DNA of 64,000 bases. It comes from Amoebidium appalachense (taxonomy: Eukaryota > Protista > Ichthyosporea). The position numbers and the translations under genes were made by a program. The notes below the pieces were generated by a model that saw only the letters and a list, made by a program, of their open reading frames with translations, did no database searches and was not told where the DNA came from. The stretch covers positions 310,001 to 374,000 of the forward strand of contig CAVNZM010000010.1 of NCBI GenBank assembly GCA_963693365.1, written 5' to 3'. This document shows, piece after piece, positions 42,085 to 64,000 of this stretch (the first letter of the stretch is position 1; each line of letters starts with the position of its first letter).

Positions 42085-42537
42085 CCCCCCGCAAATATTT
42101 TTCTTGCTTCTGCTTAATGCTGCGACTTTTACCCCCGGCCTTTCCCACTGCCCTTGCCTGTTGTGTGCTCGCATAAGGAACCGTTCCCCCTCCCCGCCTC
42201 CCCACAACCCCCTTCCCTCCAGATCCGGGGACCCACGCGTCACTACGAATAATATTGACAACACACTGTTACAAAACCGATCCCCCAAATCCCACAGCCC
42301 CACCACATTATGTTAGACGCCCGTCACCCAACAGGGGGATTTTCGTAACTTAACCCCCTTAGACATTCCCCCTAGTCCTTTTGGTAATTCATTTAGTCCC
42401 ATGGTTCTGCCGTGTCTGTTTGATGCGCTCAGTCTAGAAAGTAGGTATACATAGGTCTTCTGGCCCGGGGTCGGTACCCACCAAAAAAGGTTCAAATCAC
42501 ACAACCCCCCCCCCCCCCCCCTCCCCCCCCCTCCCCC

Positions 42538-42568
<31 letters not shown>

Positions 42569-43023
42569 AAAAAAAAAAATCCCCCAGGGAGGGCCCGGTG
42601 TCACACAGGAAGATTGTTTGCACCACGATCGGATTCGAACGTCTTCCTAGACTGCCAAACGGAAGGGGCCTATGGGTTTAACTTATCTTGTTTGACGTGG
42701 AGCTCTTCAGCTTCACTGACTACGTATATGTTAAAAAAACTGAAGTATTTCCAAACTGAAACCTGTTTATCATTAGGTGCTCCTGTGCTTCTCTACAAGA
42801 AATCTGCACACCTTGCTGAATATTGTAACAGTTACTGATTCGACTCCAGTCCTCACTCTGTGCATGCGGATGAATAGTTGACATAAAAATACGACCGACA
42901 GGTGTGTATTCAATTCCGTAATTTGTGTTTATTGAATTGATTCATGGGGGCCATACATACCGCATCATCAGGTTGCCCGGAGGGAGCGACCAATTACGTG
43001 CCAGAATCCCCATGAATTCCTTC

Positions 43024-43054
<31 letters not shown>

Positions 43055-43312
43055 AAAAAAAAAAAAAACAACTCCCCCCCCCCCCCCCACAACAACCCCC
43101 CCCCCCCCCCCCCCCCCCCCAACAACTCCCCCCCCCATCCCCCCACCCCATCCACCCCCAGGCCCCCCTTCCCCTCCTTTATGATCATTTAGCGGGACAG
43201 CTAGTAAGTCGCTTTTCTTAAAGTTTGGCTACCCCAAAAAGTGCTAGAAAGAGAGTCTACATAGGTGCCAATCAAGTTACGCGCTATTTATTGCTACGGA
43301 CATGTCCCGGCA

Positions 43313-43421
<109 letters not shown>

Positions 43422-43652
43422 ACCTCAACCACGGCCTACTACTGCGTTTTCCAGCGCAGCCAATCAAATGCAGCCAGTGGCATATATGGTAAGCAACATT
43501 TTCTGATAGCGGTATACCACCATGACCAACCACTGAAAAAGAGACCCGTTGATGCAATTCCAAAAACCATCCGTGCAAAAAAAAATAAATTTCCTGGTGC
43601 AACTTAGTAGTGTTAAATTGAATTTCCTGAGATATCCCCCCCCCCCCTCTCT

Positions 43653-43685
<33 letters not shown>

Positions 43686-43947
43686 ACACACCCGGCCTCC
43701 CCCTCCCCCCACCCCCGCCAGCCCCTCCCCCTCCCCTCCCCCCCCCCCCCCCCCTTCCCCTCCCCCCCCCCCCGGCTCCCTCCCCCCCCCCCCCTCCCCG
43801 CCTCCCCCCTCCCCAAGTCCCATCCCCTCCCCTCCCGTCCCACCCCCCGAGTCCCCTCCCATCCGGTCCAGGCTCAGGCCTCGAACTCCCTCCCCCCCCC
43901 CTCCCCCTCCCCGCCCCCCCCCCCCCCCCCCCCTCTCCCCCCCCCCT

Positions 43948-43978
<31 letters not shown>

Positions 43979-44181
43979 CCCCCCCTTCCCCCCACATCCC
44001 CTCCTTTCCACAGAGCCCACCATACACGTTTCTGAGCCTCTGAGCCACGTTCCCAGCAAAACAAAACAAAACCAAAAAAAAAAAAAAAAAAAAAAAAGAG
44101 AGGGGGGGGGGGGGGGGGGGGGGGGGATGCTGCCCATTTCAACTATTATACAAAACAACCGCCATTGGGCGGGCGGGCGGG

Positions 44182-44224
<43 letters not shown>

Positions 44225-44354
44225 CTTTTCCACCCCATGCATATCGATTCACCATACAGCGCTAGCATGCATGGTCCCAAGACCAGAAATAGAAGGAAGG
44301 GATCATCAGTGCAATGGAATCAAGTCACACGGCCCATCTATAGCTTTGAAGCAA

Positions 44355-44387
<33 letters not shown>

Positions 44388-45002
44388 TCAGCACCGGCTG
44401 CAGTATTATCGGTTATCTAGGCGAATGAGATAGTTTTAAGGTCAAAGGCCGGCCCTCGAAACCGTACCGCATTGTGTGCCAAGTTGCCGCGGCAGAGAGT
44501 CCAAGAACTTCCACAAAAAAATAGTACCAATTATGATTTTTCGTAAATGTATCTAATATTGGATGTTATTTTTGTTCAGGCGAGAGAGTTCATTCAAGAG
44601 CAAAAAAAACGGAAATATTTTCTGAATACTGAAAATCATTGGATAGTATAATTTTCGGCCCAAATTCGGAAATCCAATTGGCTGCGGCTGAGTATGAAAG
44701 AATACCATATATGGCAGCTGAAGTTTATGCTTATTTGGTGATGCCCCTATTCCTAGTTTACAGCAATATTTTGATTGGTGCATTGAGAAGGTATTAGATC
44801 TCGTGTAATAAAGCATGGGTAGCCCAGAAGCACTGATATAAAATAAAAACAAAAAAACAAGACAATATAAGCTAAATATAACAATACAAACACATCAGAC
44901 AGTAAGAATCGGCTGTATGTATACAAAAAAACGGCTTGTGTTCTCTTAGCTTTGTGGACTCGTCAACACTTGATTAGTAAAACGTATTTCTATTCGCCAT
45001 AA

Positions 45003-54470
<9,468 letters not shown>

Positions 54471-54734
54471 GTGGGTGTGTGCGTGTGCGCGCGTGTGTGT
54501 GAAGGCGCGGTGGTGGGGTGGGATGGAATGGTGGGAGCTTGAGTTTTTGATGTCCTTTTTTGATACTTTTTTGCCTTTTCAGAATTCTTATTTCCTCTAA
54601 TTTTCTTTCTTTCCGTGTTTCTTACTTCATGCAGAGCGTAGCGCTTGATTTTTTCAAAAGAGTCTTTCTTTACTTTGTTCTTTCTTTCGGTTTTTCACGC
54701 GAGTCGATTTTGGCTGTGTGGCTATTGGTTTAGC

Positions 54735-55077
54735 AATAGATGGTCTACATATCCAAACAATAATAAAAACGGGATTTCCCTTCAAAATGGTTCCCGGGGT
54801 TTTGGTTACACGCCTGCGCCTTCGTTTCGGAGTGTTGGCCTACCTGTGGGTGTGCGAGTCACTATCCATAAGTCACACAATCTATATTCATTTATTAGTT
54901 GTCTATACTACACATGTAATAGGTTAACGTCCGTTAACACCACTTTATATACCGTCTTGGACAGTATCCAATAATAAACGTGCAAGCACTATTTCTCTAT
55001 CGCTGCGTGCGATCAATCCCAGCCAATCGGATTCGAGCTGATTCAATGTCCGTGTACACGTGTGGGGATCATCTATT
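54735..55077. mobile_element. MITE-like element downstream of PGM
   Basis: The termini aatagatggtc and gatcatctatt form a 10/11 inverted repeat around a non-coding interior. Confidence 0.4.
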
Positions 55078-55169
55078 CTTGGGGGGAGGGGGGGGGGGGG
55101 GGGGGGGGGAGAATCTGAGTACAAACCTCCCGGCCCCGGGCTGTTTCTTTTTTATCCCGGTTTTTTTTA

Positions 55170-55309
55170 ACCGCTTGTTTCTCCCTCCAAATCTGTGTTT
55201 GTGTGTGTTTCTCTCTCCGTACATCTCAGTGTATGTGTATGCTCCAAGTCTCTGTAATATGTGTGTTGGTTTCCGTGACACGTATCCATCTCTGTGTGTT
55301 TTTTTTTTT

Positions 55310-55340
<31 letters not shown>

Positions 55341-55622
55341 GGGACATGTGGGCAGTCAATATTGAACAAACCTCCCCGACTGTTTCTTTTTCGAATTCTC
55401 GGTTTTTAAGTCTTCTCTCTCCAAATCTGTATCTGTTTCCTCTCTAGATCTCCACATTTCAGTGTATGTGTGCTCTAAACTTCTCCGCGCACACTTAAGA
55501 GCTCTGTTTATGCGTGTATTTGTTTCGTTCTTCCAAAATATCCGTGTATGTGTGTGTGTGTGTGTTTCTCGTACTCCAATTCTCTGTGTAATTTGTGAGG
55601 TGTTTGTTTCTCTCTTCGGATT

Positions 55623-55660
<38 letters not shown>

Positions 55661-55700
55661 CCCCCCCCCCCCCCCCCCTCTCTTTCTCTTTCTTTCTCTC

Positions 55701-55789
<89 letters not shown>

Positions 55790-56180
55790 CAAGTCTCCAA
55801 ATATGATGTGTAGGTTTCTCACGCCTAATCTCCGTGGTGGGTTTGTTTCTCTTTCCAAAACTCTGTGTATGTGTGTGCATTTCTCACTCCATATCTGTGT
55901 GATGCATGTGTGTGTGCTTCTCTAGATCTCTCCAGATCTCTTGTGTATATATGTGCGTGTATTTAGTCTCCAAATGTGTCTGTGTGTGAGTGTTTTTCAG
56001 CTCTTTGCAAATCTCTGTGACAGTGTACGTATGGGTTTCCCAGGATGTGTGTTTCTCTCTCCAAATCTTTGTGTGTGACTGTGTGTTTCTCTCTCTAAAT
56101 CTCCATGTGTGTTCTCTAATATTAGCTCCAAATCTCTCAGTCTGTGTGTGTGTGTGATCCCCTCTCTCCCAATCTCTGTG
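55170..56180. repeat. Degenerate minisatellite with core tgtgtttctctctccaaatctc
   Basis: Many imperfect copies of ctctccaaatct interleaved with (TG)n and (CT)n tracts. Confidence 0.75.
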
Positions 56181-56323
56181 AATATAGTGTCACGTTGAAC
56201 GTTTGTTGTGCACGTGTGTGTGTGTGTGTGTGTGTGCACTGTTGTGTATGTGTGTGTGTGTGTGTGTGTGTGGGTCTGCATGTGTGTGTGGGTTTTTTTT
56301 TTTTTTTTTTTTTTTTTTGGAAA

Positions 56324-56356
<33 letters not shown>

Positions 56357-57455
56357 CAGACTATCATGGTACGGGGTGAGTAAATCAATCGTTCGGCGGT
56401 TTGTCGTGTGTTGAGGTGCACTCTGGTGTTGGTTGGGTGTTGAGGTGCACTCTTTCTGTAAGCTTCCGGCCACAGTGCAAATGTGTCTACCGTGTGCACT
56501 GTGTGACAGCTCAAACTAATAATTATGAGTATGCCTACGTATGCATGTGCACGGATGTGCATGTCACGTCTGGCCCACCGTGCAGCGTGAGGGTGTGTGG
56601 GTATTCACGTGTTCGAGTTATTCTCAGTGTGTGCACTCATACACAGTGCCTGCGCCTGTGTCTGCACGTGGTATATACTCAGTGCCACCGCATGCGGGTG
56701 CTCATGCACATGCCTTTGCACTTGTGTAGGTATGTAGCACATCAGCTCCCCCCCCGGGGGGGGGCCCACCGTGCCCAAAACAACCACCCACCCACAAGCT
56801 TGCAACAGCATGAACAATCGCATGTATGTAGTGGTCTCACCCACATCACGACCGTACCGGGAAAAAAAAAGAGGGGGGGGGGGGGGGGTTTGTACGTTGG
56901 TCACAACAAAAAAACGGAAATCAAAGTTTCGTCATAACGGTTCTTTATATTTTATGGCAGCTCGTATTTCTGCAGACAGACCCGCTGCCCACAAATTCCA
57001 ATAAAAGTTTTCATGCTTTCTGCAAGAAAATGACTGACGCAGGCAGAAATAAAATCCACGCCACAAATTGAAAAACATACCACAGGCCAGCCCGTGGATA
57101 TTTGTTTTTGTTGGTGTCTTAGAGCAACTATATCATACGTTCATTGTTAACGACCATGTCGACACGCATTCCAGATTTCCTTATATGGACATCGGCAATC
57201 CCTAAAAATAGCAGACCACATCCAAATATGGGCGAAAATCCAGTCTTGGGATCCAGTGACTCTGACGTCATATTAACGTCACAAGACCCGGCGCCGACAT
57301 AGAACATCAGTTGTTGTCTCTCTCTTCGTTCGTTCCTACAGCTTAGGACTTAGTCAACTCGGTCCCACCTCCCCTAGACACACTCCGGCTTGGAATTCTT
57401 CTAACACTACAAATGTTACTTGTGTGTAAGCCAAACCTTTTGCTTTTTGGGCGCG

Positions 57456-58360
57456 TTACAATCTCTCCAAGCACTCAAGCATGACGATGCTGTTGCCGCG
57501 GATAACCTGCAAAGGAGATAAAACAAGTCAACGACTCGAAACAGTTCCCATCCCTTCTTCTTTCCAACACTATCACACCATGTCATTTGAATAATATTAA
57601 CACAGCCCCTCCCCCCCCCCTCCCACCCAAAGACCCCTCAAAAGGCCAGAACTCCCGTCCCTCTCCCCCCACACACATAAAAGGTCTCTTTTCGTATCTT
57701 CATGACCATCTAACCCTCTTAACTTTGCCCGAGATTACCATCCACCTACTGGCAACAACCACTTTATCCCCCCCGCCTCCACCCCCCCCCCCCCTCCAAA
57801 CACACACACAAACAAAAAAAAAATGCAAGGAGAAACGATAACGGACATACACCTTCCCCTAACTTTTTTCGACATCTACATAAAGTTCTGCGTTTCTTAG
57901 CTTCATGTTTTACTACCTTGCACCCCACCCCCCCCCTTCCCCACACAGCTCGAAAACGCCTGCAAACACCCTCGTAGGTAGATGCTCCCAACCTGCAAAA
58001 ACAATCACCAAATTTCTTAGCAATCCTACATCCCGGTCTTCCGAACCCAACAAACAAGTCAGGAGGGGAGTAGGGAGGCAAAAAAAAAAAAAAATAATAA
58101 TTAAAAAAAAAAAAATCCCCAGCTGATATTGTAGACAGTAACAATTGAAGATGAAGACTCACCACCATGCCGATGTTATGCTTCTCCCCAGCACTGTTCT
58201 CCTCAACCGTATCCTCCACTACGATGTTCATGAATGGGTCGAACCCACGCAGCACACCAGTGACTTTCCGATTGCCATTCAGTTTGATAAAACATTTCTT
58301 GTCCATGAACCTGTGTAAAAGAGGAATGTCAGTGCCAGGTCATGCTTGTATTTCGGTGGC

Positions 58361-58401
<41 letters not shown>

Positions 58402-59019
58402 GTCCGTATGCTTGCATGTGTTACTGCGTGCAGGCATTTGTGCGAGCTTGAGTGTGTACTTGCAAGTGCATGTATGAACTACAGGTAGTAGTTGGCACCA
58501 TGTTCCCACTTCGAATGCTTGTAATGCATGGGTGTAAATCCATAGGTAACGAGCAGACTCGAACCAGCCAGGCAGAGAAAGAAACGCTAGGCCATTCGTC
58601 CAGGACGGCAACCTCAAGGAATTGGTTAAACGACTGCATTTCGAATGCTGTTGTTGATTGGTTTCGAAAAATGCCGGCCACGGTTGCACTGAAACACTAG
58701 TTTTCACCTGCTGTGCTCTTCATTCCAGTCAAGGCATCATGCCAAACTCAAACCAGAAAAATGTGCTGTTGACTTCCATCAAGGCATCAATTGATGCTAT
58801 AAACAAGGACGCAAAACATGGACGTGTGTGCTAACTGCTTAGTTGGCCTCAGTATTGTGTCTGGCGAAAAACTTCTTGGGTGAAAATGAAGAAATTCAGT
58901 ACGTGTTAACATACTTCAAATACACTAATGCAGTAGGAAAAACATCGGTTAGCAATTGCTCGCTCCCTCCCACTACCTAGATGTGCGCGGTAACATCCCA
59001 CCGTCTACCCTTCACACAG

Positions 59020-59055
<36 letters not shown>

Positions 59056-59101
59056 ATTTGAGTTCATACTTTTTCATCTCTGGCGGCTGTGCCTTCACCA
59101 T
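57456..59101 (-). CDS. SNRPG: Small nuclear ribonucleoprotein G (SmG), 3 exons
   Basis: Exons 59101-59070, 58310-58163 and 57506-57456 give [68 protein letters not shown]. Confidence 0.97.
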
Positions 59102-59837
59102 TTTCGCGGATTGATGGCGGATGCCAAGAAAACACAGAGGATTGAGGGTGGATGGAAGAAACAAAAAACGTAAAACAAGAAAAGAAACAGCAAGAGAGAA
59201 AGAAACAGAGAGGTGGGGGGCGGAATCGATTCGCGCCAAAAAAAAAATATCTCGGTTCGGTTCAAGGTAATGGGCTGCGGTTCGAATTTCAAATCAGCGT
59301 TCGGTCCGATCAGCTGGTGTCCGACCCGAATTGCTTTGTAATATGATTCATTACTACATTATCAAAGTACAAGTTTCATTTTTTTAATGCCAAAAGGAGT
59401 TTTAAAAAAAAAGCATTATGAGCTACACGAACAAAATGTAAAACGGCATGACTAATTGACACAGGCTGCGAGAAAAAATCACACGTACCAAGCCAGACCC
59501 GCAATGTTACCCGAAAAAGTTAGTAAGCCGTCTGGTTCGGAACCGGCCGGGCTGCGGAGGCTGGGTACGGTCACGGCTTTAGGGCCCTTAGTTCGGCTGG
59601 GTAAAAAGCAGAGGCCGGGTTCTACCACGGCCAAGAGCTGGACACTTGGGGCTGGAGAAAAGTGGAAGCTTCATAAGCCTTTCCATAAAGATGGCGAAAG
59701 GGGTTCCTAAGCATCTGATGAAAGTTAATAAAAGTTCTGTGGATTATTTATTAATTTTACCCTGGGTGGATGATGGTGGATGTGAGAAGGATGCTTCTAT
59801 GCAAAAGGCAAGGCCTGTGCTATGGTGATGGTGGTAG

Positions 59838-60008
<171 letters not shown>

Positions 60009-60065
60009 GCAGCGGCGGCAGGAGGGTGGGCCGGGGTAGGTGGGGGGGAAAGGAGGGGGAAGAGC

Positions 60066-60101
<36 letters not shown>

Positions 60102-60181
60102 GAAGCTCGGTAGACTCGGTAGGGAAGAGCAATGCATTATAAGTGGGAGGCTGAGTGAGGGGGAGAAGGAGGGGAGGTCGG

Positions 60182-60640
60182 TCAAGACAACCCGTGGACG
60201 TAAGTCATGAGCAGAGTGTCCCGGGAAGTAGCTGGTGTGTACTTGTGGGCCAGCAGCCTGGCTCTAGGTCGGATGTAGTATGTGTGTGCGAGTGAGAAGG
60301 AGAGGGAGCCTCGGGGAGGGCGACGGGAGGGAGGGAGGGAGATGGGAGGGAGAGCTGTGCCTATGCCAGTGTATGTTGTGACTACTGAGAATCTTGGGAT
60401 GGGAGATCGATCGTAACGAGAGGATGGGAGGGTACAAGGAGAGAGCGGGCGAAACCGAGAGAGGAGTAGAGCATAGAGAGGGTTGGTGAGGGAGTGAGAG
60501 GAGAGAGAGGTGGGACGGTTGGCTCGGAAGGGCGGGTGGGAGAGCGGGGAGGCAGCGAACCTCCACAGATGTAGGTTCACCGGACGAAAGGTCGCCTTCC
60601 AAATATGGCATATTATGGCCCGCCCGAATACCAAGAGAAT
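60182..60640 (-). pseudogene. Degenerate fragment resembling the C-terminal part of the non-LTR element ORF
   Basis: LTNPLYALL..YYIRPRAR parallels LPSHPLFSI..YILPSCR of the 5666-6717 element. Weak, by eye only. Confidence 0.35.
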
Positions 60641-61503
60641 GCGGGGGTTTACGCGTACGATGTTTACTCGTTTACTCGAGGCAAAGAGAATGCGTGTAAA
60701 AAACAATGGGTTGTTTCACTTTTTTCACTTCAAAAGCAGAGGCGAATAGCGTTGCGGAAGTGCTAAAGGTATCTAAAAGTGATTCCAGAGCATCTTTACA
60801 TGTACTTAATTGTAAATAAGATGATTTTTGGGAGGTTTGTTTTATTTTTTTTTGAAGCTCAATGGTGCCAGCCAGACCGCATTGCCGTTGAGGGGCATGT
60901 TATCGTTGCCCACCTTTGAAAAAACTTTGTTATTGGGGGAGAGAAAAAGCGCGTAAATAGCCCAATCAGCGGCTGGCAGAGCCACACATGAACCGATCAT
61001 TATCGCTTTTTGGGAGCTTTGGCAGGATACATTTCTCCTGCTGTACATATGGATACCACTACATACTCTTTGTTGAAACCCTGTTATAACCTCACAATAC
61101 TACTGGATGGTGCTATAGTCCTAGGTGTTCCACTCGATCTAGTAGATAAGTCTGTATGGTGCTCTGATGTTGATATTGCCTGGGAAGTTGTGCAGTGGCG
61201 TTGTAATTTTTGTTTCCATCGCCGCTGGTGCCACTTTTGTGCTGAACTTTTTAATCGAAAGCATGTTGATAGGTGTGAGTTTTTATGTCGCGTTACACCT
61301 CTTTCCCTACGGGTGTCTGCTGCACTGGCTGCACTGGCAATGTGATCACTTTAGACTTTTGTTGCATTCTGTTGGTCGTCACATTGAGTATTTATATGAT
61401 TTTCACACAGTGTTCAGGTATCTCAGTATGCACTTGTTACTGGATAACTCGTGAAGTTTTTATTGTCTTCTCAGTATGCCGTGCATACTTGCATATCTTT
61501 CCG

Positions 61504-61695
61504 GGGTTTACGCTGTTTACTCGAGGCAAAGAGAAACCAGTCTCAGGTATGGGGGGGGTTTTGCTCGGAATATCCCCTCAGCGGTATATCATGAACACGT
61601 ACATAGATGTCGGGTGATGACTATATATCAGGGTTTACTTTCTCTACGAGACACCATAAAGACTACAAGGAGAAATCAATTAGTTGGGGTTCCCC

Positions 61696-61740
<45 letters not shown>

Positions 61741-61769
61741 GGGCTCCCCTGGGACACTCGGTATCAGCT

Positions 61770-61812
<43 letters not shown>
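61504..61812 (-). repeat. Family B copy (3' terminal region of the non-LTR element)
   Basis: Nearly identical to 5294-5660. Confidence 0.9.
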
Positions 61813-61813
<1 letters not shown>

Positions 61814-61833
61814 GTATAATATGATCGTGTGTC

Positions 61834-62418
61834 TGTGACAAACAATATGTTTATAAATGAACGGGGTTGACTAGACCACGCTTTGCTTATTTACGTGCTA
61901 GTCCTACTTACACCTAGTAAGCCGAGCACACTGAGTGAGCTCTGAAGCCCCCGACATGCCCTTATATCAGAGCTCGCACAGCGGCTCAGACATGCGCATC
62001 GGTATGTGCTTTTTGGCTACGAGAGCCAATCACATACGGTTCACGGTTCTGTCCCATGGCTATCACGGTTCCAATAAACCTAGTGAGCCAATCGGGTGAC
62101 AGTATTGATTATCGATGCATTCCACAGTCATACCTCACGGCTACTTGCATATTTTCCCATGATAAAACTATAACTTAACGCTCATGGTTCCTCTACTACG
62201 TGTCGGTCCCATGTGGCTATTATATCTGTTTTCCCATGAATAATCCTGCAAGTTGCACGTGCACATATGTTTAACTCCATGCTCATGCGCACAAGACTGG
62301 GGGGGACATGCATACTGGCCTACCTAAGATCAAACACAGTGGTATATATACATGTACACGTGTGCGTATATCTCAACCTGTGTACATCCATACTAGATAT
62401 CCGGTATAATATACCACA
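61834..62418 (-). mobile_element. Putative 3' LTR of the Gypsy element (about 585 bp)
   Basis: On the minus strand a G-rich PPT-like tract (acggtggggcg) follows the pol stop, then TGTGG at 62418. The candidate end is ..TCACA at 61834. The second LTR is outside the window, so the left boundary is tentative. Confidence 0.6.
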
Positions 62419-62458
62419 CGCCCCACCGTAAAAAGAAGTATGTCGTCCTCGACATACG

Positions 62459-64000
62459 TCACCATGCTCCACACAATGAGTCAATGTATCCGTGGAACGA
62501 TGCAAGGTCACCTCTGCGTTGGTGGAACTCTCGGATCTTGTCCGGGCAGGCTAAGTCTTTCTCACACTCCCAAGAGGTGAATGAATCATCTTTGCCTGCC
62601 CACTTGATCTGGTACCACTTGTAAGGGGTGGATTGCTTGCGCCGTTTCTGAATTCTTACGTCAAGCACCTTTTCCACCACCCACTCGTCCGGCAGAACCT
62701 TGTTGAAGTTGTGACTATCGCCCGTGTCCGGGAGGTGAGAGAGATCTTGAGGCCGAATTCTATTTTGCTCACTCAATTCAAGCTGAATATCGTCCACGTG
62801 CCACTTAGATTTCTTCATAGTTGCTAAGCTTCGGATCTCGTACGTGACCGGGCCGACCCTTTTGACGATTTCGTAACCCGTAATCCACCGTACATCCCAG
62901 GCACCGATATTTTTGGCTTGATTCCGAACACGTATCCGTGCACCCTTCTTAAATTCACGAGCCACCGAGGGGCCTGGGGGCTCTCGTACGGCACGTTGCT
63001 GGACCACAGCACGGAGCAGAGGCAGACGGGCTAGTAACTCTCGCCGGTATGCCTTCCACTCTGGGTCCTTGAGTGCCGGGTGGTTACTGCTAAGAAGGGC
63101 AACGTCAGGGAATTGTGTTGCTTCTTGCCCGTACACAAGATAATACGGTGTACATTGCAAAATTTTGTGTGTTGTTGTGTTGTATGCATGTGTAACCACC
63201 GGCAACAGAGTGTCCCAATTAGTGTGCTCATAATTAACGTACTTTGAGAGTGCATTATTAATAAATCTATGAGACCGTTCATTGGAACCGTTGCTTTGTG
63301 GGTGATATGCAGAGGTGCTCACTTGTGCAATATTTGCTATACGGCAAATCTCAATAATTAGCTCATTGAGAAATTCTGATCCTTGATCACTCAAGAGTGT
63401 ACGAGGGGGGCCGTGTATATAGCAAATTACATTCATGAGTGCATGTGCAACATTAACGGCATGCTTAGATTGGATGGGCACAGTGATTAAATACTTCGTT
63501 GCCATATCCATAAACACACAAATGAAAGTATTACCATTTTTCGTTTCTGTGAACGGACCCATAAGGTCAACAGAAACACGAGAGAACATTTTTAAATTTT
63601 CGTATCTCTGTTCAAATGGCCTACTTCTCAAGTGTGGGTTATCGTTACGGCCTTGGCACTCAGGCTGTGTGCAGGCATTCACATAAGCAGTGATATCTTT
63701 GTGCATGCGTGGCCAATAATAATTGTATAATCTTTCGTAAGTTCGTTCAATGCCAGTATGAGCCCCCCCGTCGTGCACACTTCTTAATAAATCAGCACGA
63801 AGGATTTCGGGCACATACAGGCAACGACGACCATCCTTAGCCACATGATAAAGCACGTCATCCTCTATCACACACATTTGTGCTATTTTCTTAACCTTTT
63901 TGTATCCGAAATACTCAAGATTAAGACCGTGTGCAGCTCGTTCCCCCCCTGCCTGCCATTCTCGTTTGGCCTCGGCTTCGAGGGAGGCAAGCCACCGTAG
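62459..64000 (-). mobile_element. Ty3/Gypsy pol 3' part: integrase plus chromodomain (chromovirus-like)
   Basis: Intact intronless ORF with HHCC (HDGGAHTG..CTQPEC), DDE core (VSVDLMGP, LLSDQGSEF, YHPQSNGSNER) and a chromodomain (WVVEKVLDVR..YQIKWAG..SWECEKDL). Confidence 0.95.

Noticed and set aside
61010-61480. Short ORFs next to the family B copy
   Set aside because: No recognisable motif and stops in the alternative frames; probably decayed TE sequence.

Overview
Intron-rich eukaryotic DNA, plausibly a unicellular holozoan such as an ichthyosporean (inference from gene content, not proven). Most ORF-track entries are translations of microsatellites and homopolymers. Six spliced genes were rebuilt by hand: the 3' end of a Dopey/DOP1 gene (+), adrenodoxin reductase FDXR (+), a C1-domain RasGAP (-), a pyruvate formate-lyase activating enzyme with a mitochondrial-type presequence (+), phosphoglucomutase (+) and SmG (-). 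Mobile DNA includes a chromodomain Ty3/Gypsy pol with its 3' LTR, 5'-truncated non-LTR retroelement pieces and MITE-like elements. The most notable observations: (1) a dispersed, structured ~300-bp intronic element, always sense to its host gene, with hammerhead-like core boxes in a non-canonical order; (2) introns with (CA)n directly before the AG, often mirrored by GT/G tracts after the donor; (3) a GC-AG intron inside the radical-SAM motif and an A7 frameshift in pflA; (4) tandemly duplicated splice acceptors in two genes.
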